From assembly GCA_034722055.1 (NCBI GenBank), contig JAYENL010000221.1, positions 1 through 64,000 of the forward strand: a DNA stretch of 64,000 bases, in the 5' to 3' direction. Numbering within the stretch: the stretch's first letter is position 1; each line of letters begins with the position of its first letter. The position numbers were made by a program, and so were the translations under genes. Positions 10,339 to 22,140 of this stretch are shown here, piece after piece. The notes beneath the pieces are model-generated. The model ran no database searches, was not told where the DNA came from, and saw nothing but the letters and a program-made list of their open reading frames with translations. The stretch comes from Armatimonadota bacterium (GTDB lineage Bacteria > Armatimonadota > Zipacnadia > Zipacnadales > UBA5352).

Positions 10339-11478
10339 CTACCGCTCTGCCTGCAGCACGCGCGCGAGCCACGGAACCGCGACGTCGGGCTTGAAGCTGT
10401 GCTGGGGGACGTCCACATTGGCCCAGGCGGCGAGGTACTCCTCCATGGTCAGGCCTTCGGGCAGCGGCTCGCCGTCGTGTGGGCGATCCTCGGGCCGCGC
10501 GTACTTCGGGTAGTAGGCGACCTCGAAGCTTTGCTCCGCGCCGAGCGTCTCCCATGCCCTGCGGATGCGCTGGATGTGCTCGGTCCGGCCCCCCTCAGTG
10601 ATCAGGAAGGGCCGTGGGGCGATGGCCGCCATCAGGTCGGGGTAGTCGAACCAGGTGATGAGGCCGGGGATGTACTGATGGAGGGCGATCCAGTCGAGGT
10701 TGAGCGCGATGGCCCGCTCCCGGAAGTCGCACATGAAGTCGTTCCAGACGACGGCCGCGATGGTGGTGTCCAACACGCCCAGGATCAGCGCCGGCTTGGC
10801 ACCGAGGGAGTGGCCGCTGACGGCGATGCGGCTCTCATCGATCCAGCTCTGACGCTTGGCCCACTGGAGGATGGGCAGCTTCTCGAAGACCGACAGGCCC
10901 TCGTAATGCCGGCCCAGCCACAGCAGGTTCATGACGATCCTGGCCCGCTCGGGCCTGACCTCGCTGGCGCGCTCGCCCATGCACGGGTTATCCACGGCGA
11001 TGGCCACCATGCCGGCGCGAGCGTAGTGCAGCGCCATGCGGTTGGTGTCCCAGTGCGCATCATCGGACTCCGGCTCGTCCTCGCCCGCCAGGCCCTCCTT
11101 GGTGCGCGTGGAGCCGGGGAAGCACAGCACCGCCGGGGCGGGCTCGGGGATGTCGTCGGGCACCAGCACAAGGTAGGGCACCACGCTGTGCGGCTCCGGA
11201 TAGACCTCCCACTTCTGGAGCTCGTAGCCCTCGCGAGGCCGGCTCCACAGCATTCGCGGCTCGGGCTGCGCGGGGACGTCCGGGAACCGCATGAGCTGCT
11301 CCAGGCGCTCCCGCACCTGCTCCCGCCAGCCGGGGAATCCCTCGGCGGACAGGTCAGGGTCGAAGGCCAGGGGCTGATCGAGAGCCTTCATGGCGGCGTG
11401 GGCAAAGCCCGCGGTCGTCACGAAGCGCCCGTCGTCCCGGTCAGTGCTGAAGGTAGGTCGCTGTGCCATGGCGGACAT
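10339..11478 (-). CDS. alpha/beta hydrolase (esterase, Abhydrolase_7/DLH-like)
   Basis: Nucleophile elbow GHSLG, PAVLCFPG, PDLMAAIAPRPFLITEG. Confidence 0.8.
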   Translation of the reverse strand: MSAMAQRPTFSTDRDDGRFVTTAGFAHAAMKALDQPLAFDPDLSAEGFPGWREQVRERLEQLMRFPDVPAQPEPRMLWSRPREGYELQKWEVYPEPHSVVPYLVLVPDDIPEPAPAVLCFPGSTRTKEGLAGEDEPESDDAHWDTNRMALHYARAGMVAIAVDNPCMGERASEVRPERARIVMNLLWLGRHYEGLSVFEKLPILQWAKRQSWIDESRIAVSGHSLGAKPALILGVLDTTIAAVVWNDFMCDFRERAIALNLDWIALHQYIPGLITWFDYPDLMAAIAPRPFLITEGGRTEHIQRIRRAWETLGAEQSFEVAYYPKYARPEDRPHDGEPLPEGLTMEEYLAAWANVDVPQHSFKPDVAVPWLARVLQAER

Positions 11479-11588
11479 CTCCCTTTGGCCGACGGTAGCT
11501 CCCGGCGTGCAGTTCGCTGCACGGCGTTGCAGGTCCTCCGAGCACGCACGGGCAAATGGACGGCCGAACCGAAAGGAGGCGGCGGCTC

Positions 11589-12989
11589 ATGCGCGGACTG
11601 TGCCTCGTGGCGGTGATGGCGATGGCGGTGTCGATGGCGGGCGCGCAACTGGACGTGGACGCGCTCGCGGAGGCATACAGGGCCTTCGACATGGAGCGCA
11701 ACGAGGGGATGGGACACTCGGACAAGCCCGATTCGGGCTCGCTGGGGTGGGGCGAGGGAGGTATCATCGAGTCCTACGCGCGGATGTGGGAGGTGACGGG
11801 CGACACCTACTGGCTGGAGAAGACCCGCGATCACTTTCGGCGCATCATGGGTAACGCGTCCGACCCGGACGGTGACGGCTATCTGAGCTGGCAGACCACC
11901 ACCTACTCCACGGCCATTGCATGGGCTGAGCGGCTGCACAACGTCTCCGACGCGCAGATCCAGCCGCCCCACCAGAAGCAGATGAGCGGCAAGGAGGCCG
12001 CCAAGGCCACCGGGCACACCTACCTCATCGAGTTCCCGGAGAGTCCCCAGGCCCTCCGCATCGTTGACTGGACGACGCGCGAGGTGGTGGCCGAGGACGT
12101 CCCCTATGAGGACGGTGCGGCCATCACGCTCATCGAGCCGTTCTCGGTGACGATCTCCGGCGCCACGCACCAGGGCGACCGCTTCATGGTGCGGACGCAG
12201 CAGGCGCAGCCGCTGGAGTTCACCGTCCATCAGGGGATGTTTATCTACCCGGTGGCCCTGTTCATCGAGGCGGTAAAGACCACGCCGGAGCTGCAGGAGG
12301 AGTTCGGGGAGGATGCGGAGACCTTCCTGCAGTTCATCAACACGCATCTGTTCGAGAAGAACGAGCGGGACTGGCTGGACATGGGGGAGCTGGGCGGTGG
12401 CTATCGCTTCGAGCCCAAGATCACCGACCGCTACCCGAACCGCATCATGCCCCACAACCAGTACGGGGCGCTGGCTCGGGCCTGGCTGGTGCTGGCGGAG
12501 GTGGAGGGCGCGCATCCGCTGATGGCTCAGCGCGCCGAGCAGATGTGCCAGTACTTCCGCAGCTACCTGGAGCTGGACGAGGATCACGACGCCTGGCGGT
12601 GGCACTACTGGGACTGGACGGAGTACGGTGAGCCGGACCATTCGGGCTGGGAGGACACCTCGCACGGGCACATCGACGTGAGCCTGGCGGTGGAGGCGGC
12701 GCGACGGGGCGTGGTGTTCACCGACGCTGACATGCGGCGGTTCGTGAACACCTGGCTGGAGGTGATGTGGAACGGCGATGAGGAGACGCCCCGGATGGCG
12801 CACCGGGTGGCGGAGGACGAGAACTTCAGGCACTCGGCGCTGCTGCGGAGCTGGACGGAGCTGGCGCAGTGGGACCGCAGGGTCTACGAGCTGGCGCTGA
12901 CGGAGTTCCAGAACAAGGACGCGGAGGGCCAGGCGGCTTGGGCGCCCGCAATGCTGCTGTGCGCCAGTCGCGCCGGAGCACTGCAGTGA
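11589..12989 (+). CDS. secreted (alpha/alpha)-toroid-like hypothetical protein
   Basis: AAAGGAGG SD, signal peptide; MWEVTGDTYWL, PHNQ, WEDTSHG; aromatic-rich helical pattern. Confidence 0.6.
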   Translation: MRGLCLVAVMAMAVSMAGAQLDVDALAEAYRAFDMERNEGMGHSDKPDSGSLGWGEGGIIESYARMWEVTGDTYWLEKTRDHFRRIMGNASDPDGDGYLSWQTTTYSTAIAWAERLHNVSDAQIQPPHQKQMSGKEAAKATGHTYLIEFPESPQALRIVDWTTREVVAEDVPYEDGAAITLIEPFSVTISGATHQGDRFMVRTQQAQPLEFTVHQGMFIYPVALFIEAVKTTPELQEEFGEDAETFLQFINTHLFEKNERDWLDMGELGGGYRFEPKITDRYPNRIMPHNQYGALARAWLVLAEVEGAHPLMAQRAEQMCQYFRSYLELDEDHDAWRWHYWDWTEYGEPDHSGWEDTSHGHIDVSLAVEAARRGVVFTDADMRRFVNTWLEVMWNGDEETPRMAHRVAEDENFRHSALLRSWTELAQWDRRVYELALTEFQNKDAEGQAAWAPAMLLCASRAGALQ

Positions 12990-13029
12990 CCGCGCGGAAG
13001 CAGCATAGAACCATGCGCCACAGCAGAAT

Positions 13030-13698
13030 CTACTCCGGCGCCACCGCCGAGTGATAGAACTGGGCGCCGAGCCATCGGAAGAGTATCCCCAGCGTGATCA
13101 GGACGGCCAGAGCACTCCAGATCAGCGGCTCGTTGCGTGGAGCGAGGCCCAGGGCTGCCAGAACATCGGGCGTACCGATCTCCCTGACATCGACTACGTA
13201 GGCGGCGAGCATCTGGAAGACGGCCAGCCCAAAGCACGCGAACTCGAGCACCCACATAGCGAAGCTGACCAGCGCTCTGGAAAAGCGTCGGGGGCCGGAG
13301 ATGACGCGCCGCACCTGTTCGGAGAACGTGCCGCACCGACCGCAGCTCTGCCCGTCATCCTGAAGCAGCTCGTCATGCTGATCCAGGAGAGCGCATACGC
13401 CGGTAAGCTCGCGGCGACAGCGGGGACACCCCGACAGGTGGCGGACGATAGCGTCGGCGTGGGGGGCGTCGAGGCCGTGAGCGGCGAAGCTGGCCAGCTC
13501 GAGGTCTGACAGGTGCTCTTCCTCCTCATCCTCGAAGGCGAGAGCGACCAGCCCACGCGTCGCGCGCCCGACCCGCCGTAACTGTCGCCGGCAGTCGGGA
13601 CACTCCTGAAGATGACGCCGGAGGCGTTCCTCCTCCTCCGGGGAGCACTCCTGGTCCAGACGGGCAACAAGCGCCGAGATCCTATTGCATTCACGCAT
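13030..13698 (-). CDS. anti-sigma factor with two zf-HC2 motifs and two predicted TM helices
   Basis: HLQECPDCRR and HLSGCPRCRR (HxxxCxxC); hydrophobic C-terminal segments; directly downstream of an ECF sigma gene. Confidence 0.8.
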   Translation of the reverse strand: MRECNRISALVARLDQECSPEEEERLRRHLQECPDCRRQLRRVGRATRGLVALAFEDEEEEHLSDLELASFAAHGLDAPHADAIVRHLSGCPRCRRELTGVCALLDQHDELLQDDGQSCGRCGTFSEQVRRVISGPRRFSRALVSFAMWVLEFACFGLAVFQMLAAYVVDVREIGTPDVLAALGLAPRNEPLIWSALAVLITLGILFRWLGAQFYHSAVAPE

Positions 13699-13746
13699 GA
13701 TAGGTCACAATAGCGTTAATCGCGTGCCGCACCAATGTGTTACCCG

Positions 13747-14358
13747 CTAGGAGAGCAGGTCGTCGTCGAGCTTCTCGCAGATATCGGCGAGCCGGCGGAG
13801 GGCCTTGTAAATGCGCTGTCGAGCGGCCCCGTGGGTGATGCCCAGCACTTTGGCAATGGCCGCTCCGGTGAGGCCGTCAGCGAAACGCATCGCCAGGACC
13901 AGGCGGTCGCTGTCGGACAGTTGCATCACCGCGTCGTGCACGGCCTTCCTGGTCGTCAGACGTTCCAGCGCCGCGTCTGGTTCGGCCTCCGGCCCGGCGG
14001 CCACGGTGTCCTCCAACCCACCGCCCTCCTCGCCGGAGGGCTGAAGGTCGGCGATGCGCTCCCGGAGGCCACGGCGGCGCCCCAGCCATGCGATGCAGTG
14101 ACGGACGGCGATGGTGGTGAGGTAGGCCGCGAAGGGGGCTCGCGGCTCCCATGCACGCAGGGCGCGCTTGTCGTTGTGCAGCAGGCGGGCGATGATCTCC
14201 GAGAAGAGGTCGCGGCGGTCCTCAGGGTCGGGAGCGTAGCGGGCGATAAGCAGACGCAGATGGCGCGCGTAGCGGTCACGCAGCGCGCAGAAGGCGTCAT
14301 CATCGCCTGCCGCCGCGAGCCGGACGAGCTTGACCTCGTTCTCAGGCAGGTCCTGCAT
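13747..14358 (-). CDS. ECF (sigma-70 family) RNA polymerase sigma factor
   Basis: AAAGDDDAF, YLTTIA (region 2); LSDSDRLVLAMRFADGLTGAAIAKVLGIT...RIYKALRRL (region 4). Confidence 0.88.
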   Translation of the reverse strand: MQDLPENEVKLVRLAAAGDDDAFCALRDRYARHLRLLIARYAPDPEDRRDLFSEIIARLLHNDKRALRAWEPRAPFAAYLTTIAVRHCIAWLGRRRGLRERIADLQPSGEEGGGLEDTVAAGPEAEPDAALERLTTRKAVHDAVMQLSDSDRLVLAMRFADGLTGAAIAKVLGITHGAARQRIYKALRRLADICEKLDDDLLS

Positions 14359-14519
14359 CGATCGCCTCCGAGTGGGAAGCACGCCACGGGTGGTGATCCA
14401 CACCTAATTCGCGCGCTTCTTGCCCCATCCCGAGGGAGTGGTTTCGTGGTCACCCCCGGGAATCATTCTTTCTACTTCTATTCAAATTAAGCGTTTTTGT
14501 GAGGAAGGTCCGGGAGGGG

Positions 14520-15413
14520 CTACAGATCGCGGGGGGTGCGGAGGGCCTCAAAGCCGGAGATGATGTCCAGCAGCTCGGCGGTGATGGAGCTCTGACGGGT
14601 CTGTCGGAAGCGTCCGCGCAGCTCCTCCAGGCGCTCGTCGATGTTCCTCTCAGCGGCCTGCATGGAGGCCATGCGGGCGGTGTGCTCGCTGATCATGGAC
14701 TCGACCACGGCGCGGTAGAGGGTGACCAGCAGGTGCTGCTGCATCAGGCGCGAGAACAGCGGCCGCCAGGGCATGGAGAAGGTGGGGAGCACCCGCGAGG
14801 GCCACCGCCGTCGCTCGATGGCCTCCAGCCACTGACGATCGATGGGGAGCAGGCGGTGAATGGCGGGCCTGTAGTGGCCCGAGGAGACGCGCTCGTTGTA
14901 GTAGAGGAAGACCCGGTCGAAGCCCCTCTCGCTGCGCCACCGCTCCACGTGCAGCGCGATCTGCTCGACCACGGGCGTGATGCTGCCGGGCGAGGCCGGC
15001 GTGCCGAGGTAGTCATCGACGGCCAGGCCGGCGTCCTCGAGGTGTCCGACGGTCCGAAGCCCGATGGCGAGGATGGCGCGGTCCCGGGGCTCCATCTCCA
15101 TCTCCTGGAGGTCCTCCACGGCGCGGGAGACGATGTCCTCGTTGAACTGCCCGCACATGCCCTGGTCGGAGCCCAAGACGATCATCCCCAGGGAGGCGGA
15201 GAGGACGGGCTCGAGGAGCTGCACGCCCTCCGGGCGGTTCGACAGCAGCACCTGCAGGCCCAGCTCCACGGTGCGGTGGTATCGGTCCAGGGAGCGGACG
15301 ACGCCCTCAAGCTGCTGGATGTTGACTGCGGCGAGGGCCTTCATGGTGGTGACCACCGACTGGAGGCTCTCGGCGGTGTCGATGCGGTCCCGGAGGCTCT
15401 CAACCGTCTCCAT
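14520..15413 (-). CDS. atpG: N-ATPase gamma subunit
   Basis: [53 protein letters not shown]. Confidence 0.95.
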   Translation of the reverse strand: METVESLRDRIDTAESLQSVVTTMKALAAVNIQQLEGVVRSLDRYHRTVELGLQVLLSNRPEGVQLLEPVLSASLGMIVLGSDQGMCGQFNEDIVSRAVEDLQEMEMEPRDRAILAIGLRTVGHLEDAGLAVDDYLGTPASPGSITPVVEQIALHVERWRSERGFDRVFLYYNERVSSGHYRPAIHRLLPIDRQWLEAIERRRWPSRVLPTFSMPWRPLFSRLMQQHLLVTLYRAVVESMISEHTARMASMQAAERNIDERLEELRGRFRQTRQSSITAELLDIISGFEALRTPRDL

Positions 15414-16974
15414 GCTCGTCCTCCGCCCCGGGAGCCTCCAGGTAGACGGCCTGGCGGGCTACCGCCTCCATCTCCTCCAGCTCGTCCTCGGACAGCTCCT
15501 CGCCGTCAACTATCCGCTGGCAGGTCTCGGGAAGCTTCTCGGTGACCGCCTCCCGCACTCGCCTGGCCGCCCGGTCCACCTCCTCGGGCTCCACATCGTC
15601 GAAGACACCTCTGCTGGCGGCCAGCAACACACCGATCTGCTCGTCCACAGGTATCGGCTCGTACTGCGGCTGCTGGAGGGCCTCGCGAACCCGCCGGCCG
15701 CGCTCGAGCTTCTGCTGGGTCTCCTCGTCCAGGCGCGTGCCGAAACGGGCGAAGGACTCCAGCTCCTCGAACTGCGTGTACTGCAGGCGCAGGTCCCCGG
15801 CGACCGCGCGATAGGCGGGAAGCTGGGTCCTGCCGCCCACTCGGGAGACGGACTCCCCCACGTCGAGGGCCGGCAGGATGCCCTTCTGAAACAGCTCCGG
15901 GCTGAGATAGATCTGCCCGTCGGTGATGGAGATGAGGTTGGTGGGGATGTAGGCGGAGATGTTCTGGGCCTCGGTCTCCACGATAGGAAGGGCGGTCATG
16001 GAGCCGCCCCCGAGGTCGGGGCGCAGGTGGGTAGCGCGCTCCAGCAGGCGGGAGTGGATGTAGAAGATATCGCCCGGGTAGGCCTCCCTGCCCGGCGGGC
16101 GCCGCAGCAGCAGGGAGACCTCGCGGTAGGCCTTGGCGTGCTGGGTGAGGTCATCGTAGATCACGAGGACGTCGCCGCGCTCGGCGAAGTACTCGGCCAT
16201 GGTGGTGGCCGCGTAGGGAGCCACGTACTGCAGGCCGGGCGGGTCCTCCCCGGAGGCCACCACCACGACGGTGTAGTCGAGGGCCCCGTGCTTGCGGAGG
16301 GCGGCGATGACCCGGGCGGTGTCATCGCTGCGCCGCCCGATGGCGCAGTAGACACAGATGACGTTGGTGTCGCGCTGATTGATGATGGTGTCCAGCGCCA
16401 CGGCGGTCTTGCCCGTGTGTCTGTCGCCGACGATCAGCTCCCGCTGACCGCGTCCGATGGGGATGAGGGCGTCGATGGCCTTCAGGCCGGTCTGCAGCGG
16501 GCGGGTGACCGGCGCCCGATCCATCACCGGGGGCGCAGGGCGCTCGATGGGCCGGCGCACCCAGGTGCGGATGGGCCGTCCGCCGTCCAGCGGCGAGCCC
16601 AGCGCGTCCACCACCCGGCCCAGCAGCTCCTCCCCGACCGGAACGTCGATGACCCGGCCGGTGCGCCGCACCTCATCACCCGACGACAGCTCCTCGCTCT
16701 CGCCGAGCAGGATGACCCCCACCTCGTCCTCCTCCAGCGTGAAGGCCATGCCCATCAGCCCACCGGGGAAGCGCACCAGCTCCTCGAAGCGCACCGCCGG
16801 CAGGCCGCGGACACGGGCGATGCCCTGCCCGATCTGCGTGCAGACGCCCACCTCCTCGACAATGGGCTCCCGCCGCGGGCGCAGGGCCCACTCCAGGGCC
16901 CCGGCGACATCGTCCAGCACGCCCTGCAGGTCGTGGCCGTCAAGCTCGACCCGGCTATCCCTGAGCTCGCTCAC
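15400..16974 (-). CDS. atpA: N-ATPase alpha subunit
   Basis: [54 protein letters not shown]; start trimmed to GTG at 16974. Confidence 0.95.
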   Translation of the reverse strand: MSELRDSRVELDGHDLQGVLDDVAGALEWALRPRREPIVEEVGVCTQIGQGIARVRGLPAVRFEELVRFPGGLMGMAFTLEEDEVGVILLGESEELSSGDEVRRTGRVIDVPVGEELLGRVVDALGSPLDGGRPIRTWVRRPIERPAPPVMDRAPVTRPLQTGLKAIDALIPIGRGQRELIVGDRHTGKTAVALDTIINQRDTNVICVYCAIGRRSDDTARVIAALRKHGALDYTVVVVASGEDPPGLQYVAPYAATTMAEYFAERGDVLVIYDDLTQHAKAYREVSLLLRRPPGREAYPGDIFYIHSRLLERATHLRPDLGGGSMTALPIVETEAQNISAYIPTNLISITDGQIYLSPELFQKGILPALDVGESVSRVGGRTQLPAYRAVAGDLRLQYTQFEELESFARFGTRLDEETQQKLERGRRVREALQQPQYEPIPVDEQIGVLLAASRGVFDDVEPEEVDRAARRVREAVTEKLPETCQRIVDGEELSEDELEEMEAVARQAVYLEAPGAEDEHGDG

Positions 16975-17827
16975 GCTGGTCCTCCCCCGCAGGCTGCTCC
17001 CCGTCGCCGGCCGGTGCTCCGACCTCGGTGGGGGACGCGGCCGCCTCGGTGGCCTCCTCGGGCTGCTCCGCCATCTCGCGCTCCAGCGCCTCGTTGATGC
17101 TCTCCTCCACCGCATCGAGGTAGGAGTCGATGCTCCAGGAGAGCTTGCGACCGCCTGCGGCCAGCTCCATCCCGCACAGCAGGTCCTCGGAGACGCGGAA
17201 CTCCACCTGCTGCTCCGTGGCCAGCAGCTCGCGGCCGACGGCGGCCAGCTCGTCTCTGCGCTCCGGCGGAACCTGGAAGGCGCTGGCGATCACCGGGGGC
17301 CGATCGGAGCTGCGAAGGGCGTCGCGGAGCTGATCCCGCTCCTCGTCGGAGACCTCCCGCAGGCGCTCGATGAAGACGTCCACGATCTGGCGCTGCAGCT
17401 CAATGTTGGCGAGGTCCTGCAGCGCCCGGCGGGCCAGGGCGCACACCTGGTGGGAGGTGCGGCGGCGAAGCTCGCGAAGGAAGGCCTCCCGCTCATCCCG
17501 GAGGGAGCGGTTCCAGCGCTCCTCCAGGGCCTCGACCTCCTGGCGGGCCTGCTCGACGAGCTCCTCGCGGCGCTGCTGCGCCTCCTGACGGGCCTCCTCC
17601 ATCAGCTCGTCGCGACGCTCGTCGAGCTCCCGGCGCGCCTCCTGGTGGCGCCGGGCCTCCTCCTCGGCCTCGGCCTCCCGCTCCTCGGCCTCCTGCATGC
17701 GCTGAGCGATGCGCTGCTCGCGCTCGTCCATGGCGCGCGTGATCGGGCCGTACAGCAGGTAGTGCAGGGCCACCACCAGCACCAGGAAGTTGAAGATCTG
17801 CGCGCCTACGGTCACCCACGGTTCCAT
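16955..17827 (-). CDS. atpF: N-ATPase b subunit (long, with delta-like C-terminal region)
   Basis: [18 protein letters not shown], coiled coil, C-terminal LLCGMEL...KLSWSI; no separate atpH gene. Confidence 0.9.
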   Translation of the reverse strand: MEPWVTVGAQIFNFLVLVVALHYLLYGPITRAMDEREQRIAQRMQEAEEREAEAEEEARRHQEARRELDERRDELMEEARQEAQQRREELVEQARQEVEALEERWNRSLRDEREAFLRELRRRTSHQVCALARRALQDLANIELQRQIVDVFIERLREVSDEERDQLRDALRSSDRPPVIASAFQVPPERRDELAAVGRELLATEQQVEFRVSEDLLCGMELAAGGRKLSWSIDSYLDAVEESINEALEREMAEQPEEATEAAASPTEVGAPAGDGEQPAGEDQRERAQG

Positions 17828-17831
17828 ACAA

Positions 17832-18110
17832 TCACTGTCCGCCCTGGGCGACGAAGTAGTTCCAGAATGGGTTGGCGAAGATGACGATCATCGACACCAC
17901 GAAGCAGTAGATGGCCGTGGACTCGATCATCGCCAGGCCCACGAAGAGCGTGCGGGTGATGGTCCCGGCCTCATCGGGCTGCTGGGCGATGGACGTCAGG
18001 GCCTCAGCCACGGCCCGGCTCTCACCCAGCGCGGGGCCGATGGAGCCTATCATGATGGTCAGCCCCCCGACGACGATGGACACCACGGCGATCAGCTCCA
18101 TGCCACTCAT
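17832..18110 (-). CDS. atpE: N-ATPase c subunit with Na+-type motif
   Basis: GPALGE in helix 1, AQQP loop, IESTAIY in helix 2. Confidence 0.95.
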   Translation of the reverse strand: MSGMELIAVVSIVVGGLTIMIGSIGPALGESRAVAEALTSIAQQPDEAGTITRTLFVGLAMIESTAIYCFVVSMIVIFANPFWNYFVAQGGQ

Positions 18111-18155
18111 CCGGCAGCTTCCTTTCCTCAGCGTCCGTTGCTTACCGCGTGCCGC

Positions 18156-18947
18156 TCAGTCCGAGCGCTCCTGGCCCTCCCATTGGTCCTCGGCCTCAGA
18201 GGCCTGGCCTTCCCGCTGCTCCTCGGGGGCGCCCTGCTCCTGCGCCTCGTCCTCCGACGGGGTCCCGCGGCTGGCGCGGGTGGCGGAGGCGATGTAGACC
18301 ATGGCCAGCACCGCGAAGATGTAGGCCTGCACCAGCCCGGTCAGCAGGCTCAGCATCTGCATCAGCGTGGGGAGGACTACGGGCGCGATCTTCAGCAGGA
18401 TGGCGACGATGAGCGCGCCGGCCATGATGTTACCGAACAGGCGGATGGCGAGGGCGATGGTGCGCGAGATCTCGCCGATGATGTGGAAGGGCAGCATTAT
18501 GGGCGTCGGGCGCACGTACTGCTTGAGGTAGCCGGCCAGGCCCCGCTGCGAGATGCCGTAGATGGGCACGGAGACGAAGACGCACAGGGCCAGCGCGAAG
18601 GTGGTGGACAGGGAGGCGGTGGGCGCCTGGTACCCCGGAACCACGGACAGCAGGTTGCAGGTGGCGATGAACAGAAACAGCGTGCCCACGAAGGGCAGGA
18701 ACTGGTCGGGGCCCTGGCCGGCAAGCTCCCTGATGTGGTCGCGCATGCCGCCCACGATGATCTCCAGCATGTTCTGGCCGGGGCTGATCTCGACGTCGGA
18801 GGTGAGTCCTCTGCGGACCACGAGGGCAACCAGGATCAGCAGCAGCATGGTCACCCACGTGAAGACGATGGTGGCGTTGAGCTGGATCGGGCCCCACTGG
18901 TAGAGGACGACCTGATCGGGCGTGAGAGTGACGCTGCCGCTACCCAT
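18156..18947 (-). CDS. atpB: N-ATPase a subunit
   Basis: PTASLSTT, ALAIRLFGNI (conserved Arg), QAYIFAVLAMVYI. Confidence 0.95.
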   Translation of the reverse strand: MGSGSVTLTPDQVVLYQWGPIQLNATIVFTWVTMLLLILVALVVRRGLTSDVEISPGQNMLEIIVGGMRDHIRELAGQGPDQFLPFVGTLFLFIATCNLLSVVPGYQAPTASLSTTFALALCVFVSVPIYGISQRGLAGYLKQYVRPTPIMLPFHIIGEISRTIALAIRLFGNIMAGALIVAILLKIAPVVLPTLMQMLSLLTGLVQAYIFAVLAMVYIASATRASRGTPSEDEAQEQGAPEEQREGQASEAEDQWEGQERSD

Positions 18948-19264
18948 CAGTCATCCCCCTCCGGCGTGGGCACGCCCGGCTCTCGGCACGGTCCCCAGAT
19001 ACGGGTGGCGAGCACGCGGGCGCCGATGAAGCCCAGCACGCCCGCCACGAGCTGAGCGGCGCCCCATGTAAGGAGCAGGTAGAAGACTCCGGTCGCCACG
19101 GCGACCCGCACGACGGCGCTGGTGCCCCAGACAAGCACAGGGCGCCGGGCGCCGGGGAGGCGCTGGACGGTCCACCACAGGCCCGCGAAGTAGGCCAGGC
19201 CCATGGCCACGCCGGCGGCCAGGCCGCCCGCCACGGGAATCGGCTCAATCCCCATCCGGGGCAT
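18947..19264 (-). CDS. atpR: N-ATPase AtpR membrane subunit
   Basis: YFAGLWWTVQR signature, three hydrophobic segments, position between atpQ and atpB. Confidence 0.85.
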   Translation of the reverse strand: MPRMGIEPIPVAGGLAAGVAMGLAYFAGLWWTVQRLPGARRPVLVWGTSAVVRVAVATGVFYLLLTWGAAQLVAGVLGFIGARVLATRIWGPCREPGVPTPEGDD

Positions 19265-19655
19265 CGCGCCTCCTCTCGATCTCCTCGCGCTCCCGGCTGA
19301 CCCAGTACCAGGCGTTGATGCACCCGGTCACGATGCCCACGAACAGCAGGGTGAGGGTCCAGGAGAAGCCCATCGGGTAGCGCCCGTCCAGCCACACGCC
19401 CAGAGCGAGCAAGAGGAGGGTGGGGACGGCCACCGACCACCCCACGAGCCCGAAGGTGCCCAGACCGAACCACACGGACTCCTCCGGGCGCCGCCGGGCG
19501 CGGAGCTTGCGGCGCTCCGCCTCGCCCAGCTCGTCGGCCAGCTTCTCCTCCCGCTCCTCAGCCGCCCGGGCCTGCGGTCCCGGGACCTCCGGCTCCTCCA
19601 TCCCGACGTCCGGCTCCTGCTCCTCGCCCTCCGGGGGCCGCTGGTCCATCGCCAT
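19245..19655 (-). CDS. atpQ: N-ATPase AtpQ (AtpZ/AtpI-like, ATPase gene 1)
   Basis: RKLRARR, WFGLGTFGLVGWSVAVPTL, GVWLD, GCINAWYWV. Confidence 0.88.
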   Translation of the reverse strand: MAMDQRPPEGEEQEPDVGMEEPEVPGPQARAAEEREEKLADELGEAERRKLRARRRPEESVWFGLGTFGLVGWSVAVPTLLLLALGVWLDGRYPMGFSWTLTLLFVGIVTGCINAWYWVSREREEIERRRDAPDGD

Positions 19656-19656
19656 C

Positions 19657-21482
<1,826 letters not shown>

Positions 21483-21584
21483 TCAGGTGGTCTGCAAGGA
21501 TTACGGTCGCATCCAGCGTACAGGTATTCGACATTCCCATGTCAGACGCCTGCCGGGCGGGGTGAGCGCCGGTGCGCGTGCGCG

Positions 21585-22108
21585 TCGGCCGGGGTGGAAC
21601 CTGCCACCTGCGCAACGCGACGGCGCTGCGCCGTGGAGGAGCCGCAGCGAGCGCAGGGAGGGAGGTCCCGAGCGAACCGAGGAACTTCCCAGGTTCCACC
21701 CCGGCCCATGCCGTCGCCTCAACGCCGACGGCCAAACGGCCGGGCGGGCTGGGAAGCCCGCCCCTCCGTACGGCCTGAAAGCGGCACCCTCCTATCCGGT
21801 CCAGACGACATCCGTGGGGCCGGCTTCCAGCCTGCCGCCGTCTACTGCGGGGAGAGCCCGCGTGCAACGGCTCTCAACGGCGGGCCGGACAGTGGTCCGG
21901 CCCCTCCATACGGCTATCTTGCGCGCTCGCGCACACCGATGGCCGCGGTGTTGGGGCCTCTTACGCGCTCGCGGAGGCCGATACCCGCGGCGCCACGCAG
22001 AGTCATTCTCCGTCATGGAGAGGCCGCTCCGAGCGGCGCCACCGGCGGCGCGAGGAGTGAGGCCCGCCAGGGCCGAAGCTTCCACCCCAGCCCATGTCGT
22101 TCCCTGAG
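21585..22108. repeat. intergenic mosaic of REP-like hairpins and degenerate fragments related to the element at 26767-27103
   Basis: GGCCGGGGTGGAACCT / AGGTTCCACCCCGGCC inverted pair; GGGCGGGCTGGGAAGCCCGCCC; GGGCCGGACAGTGGTCCGGCCC; GTGAGGCCCGCCAGGGCCGAAG..CCCATGTCGTT shared with ~26837-26885. Confidence 0.7.
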
Positions 22109-22140
22109 AACGCCAGGACGGCCGGCCTCCGCTGCCCTGC

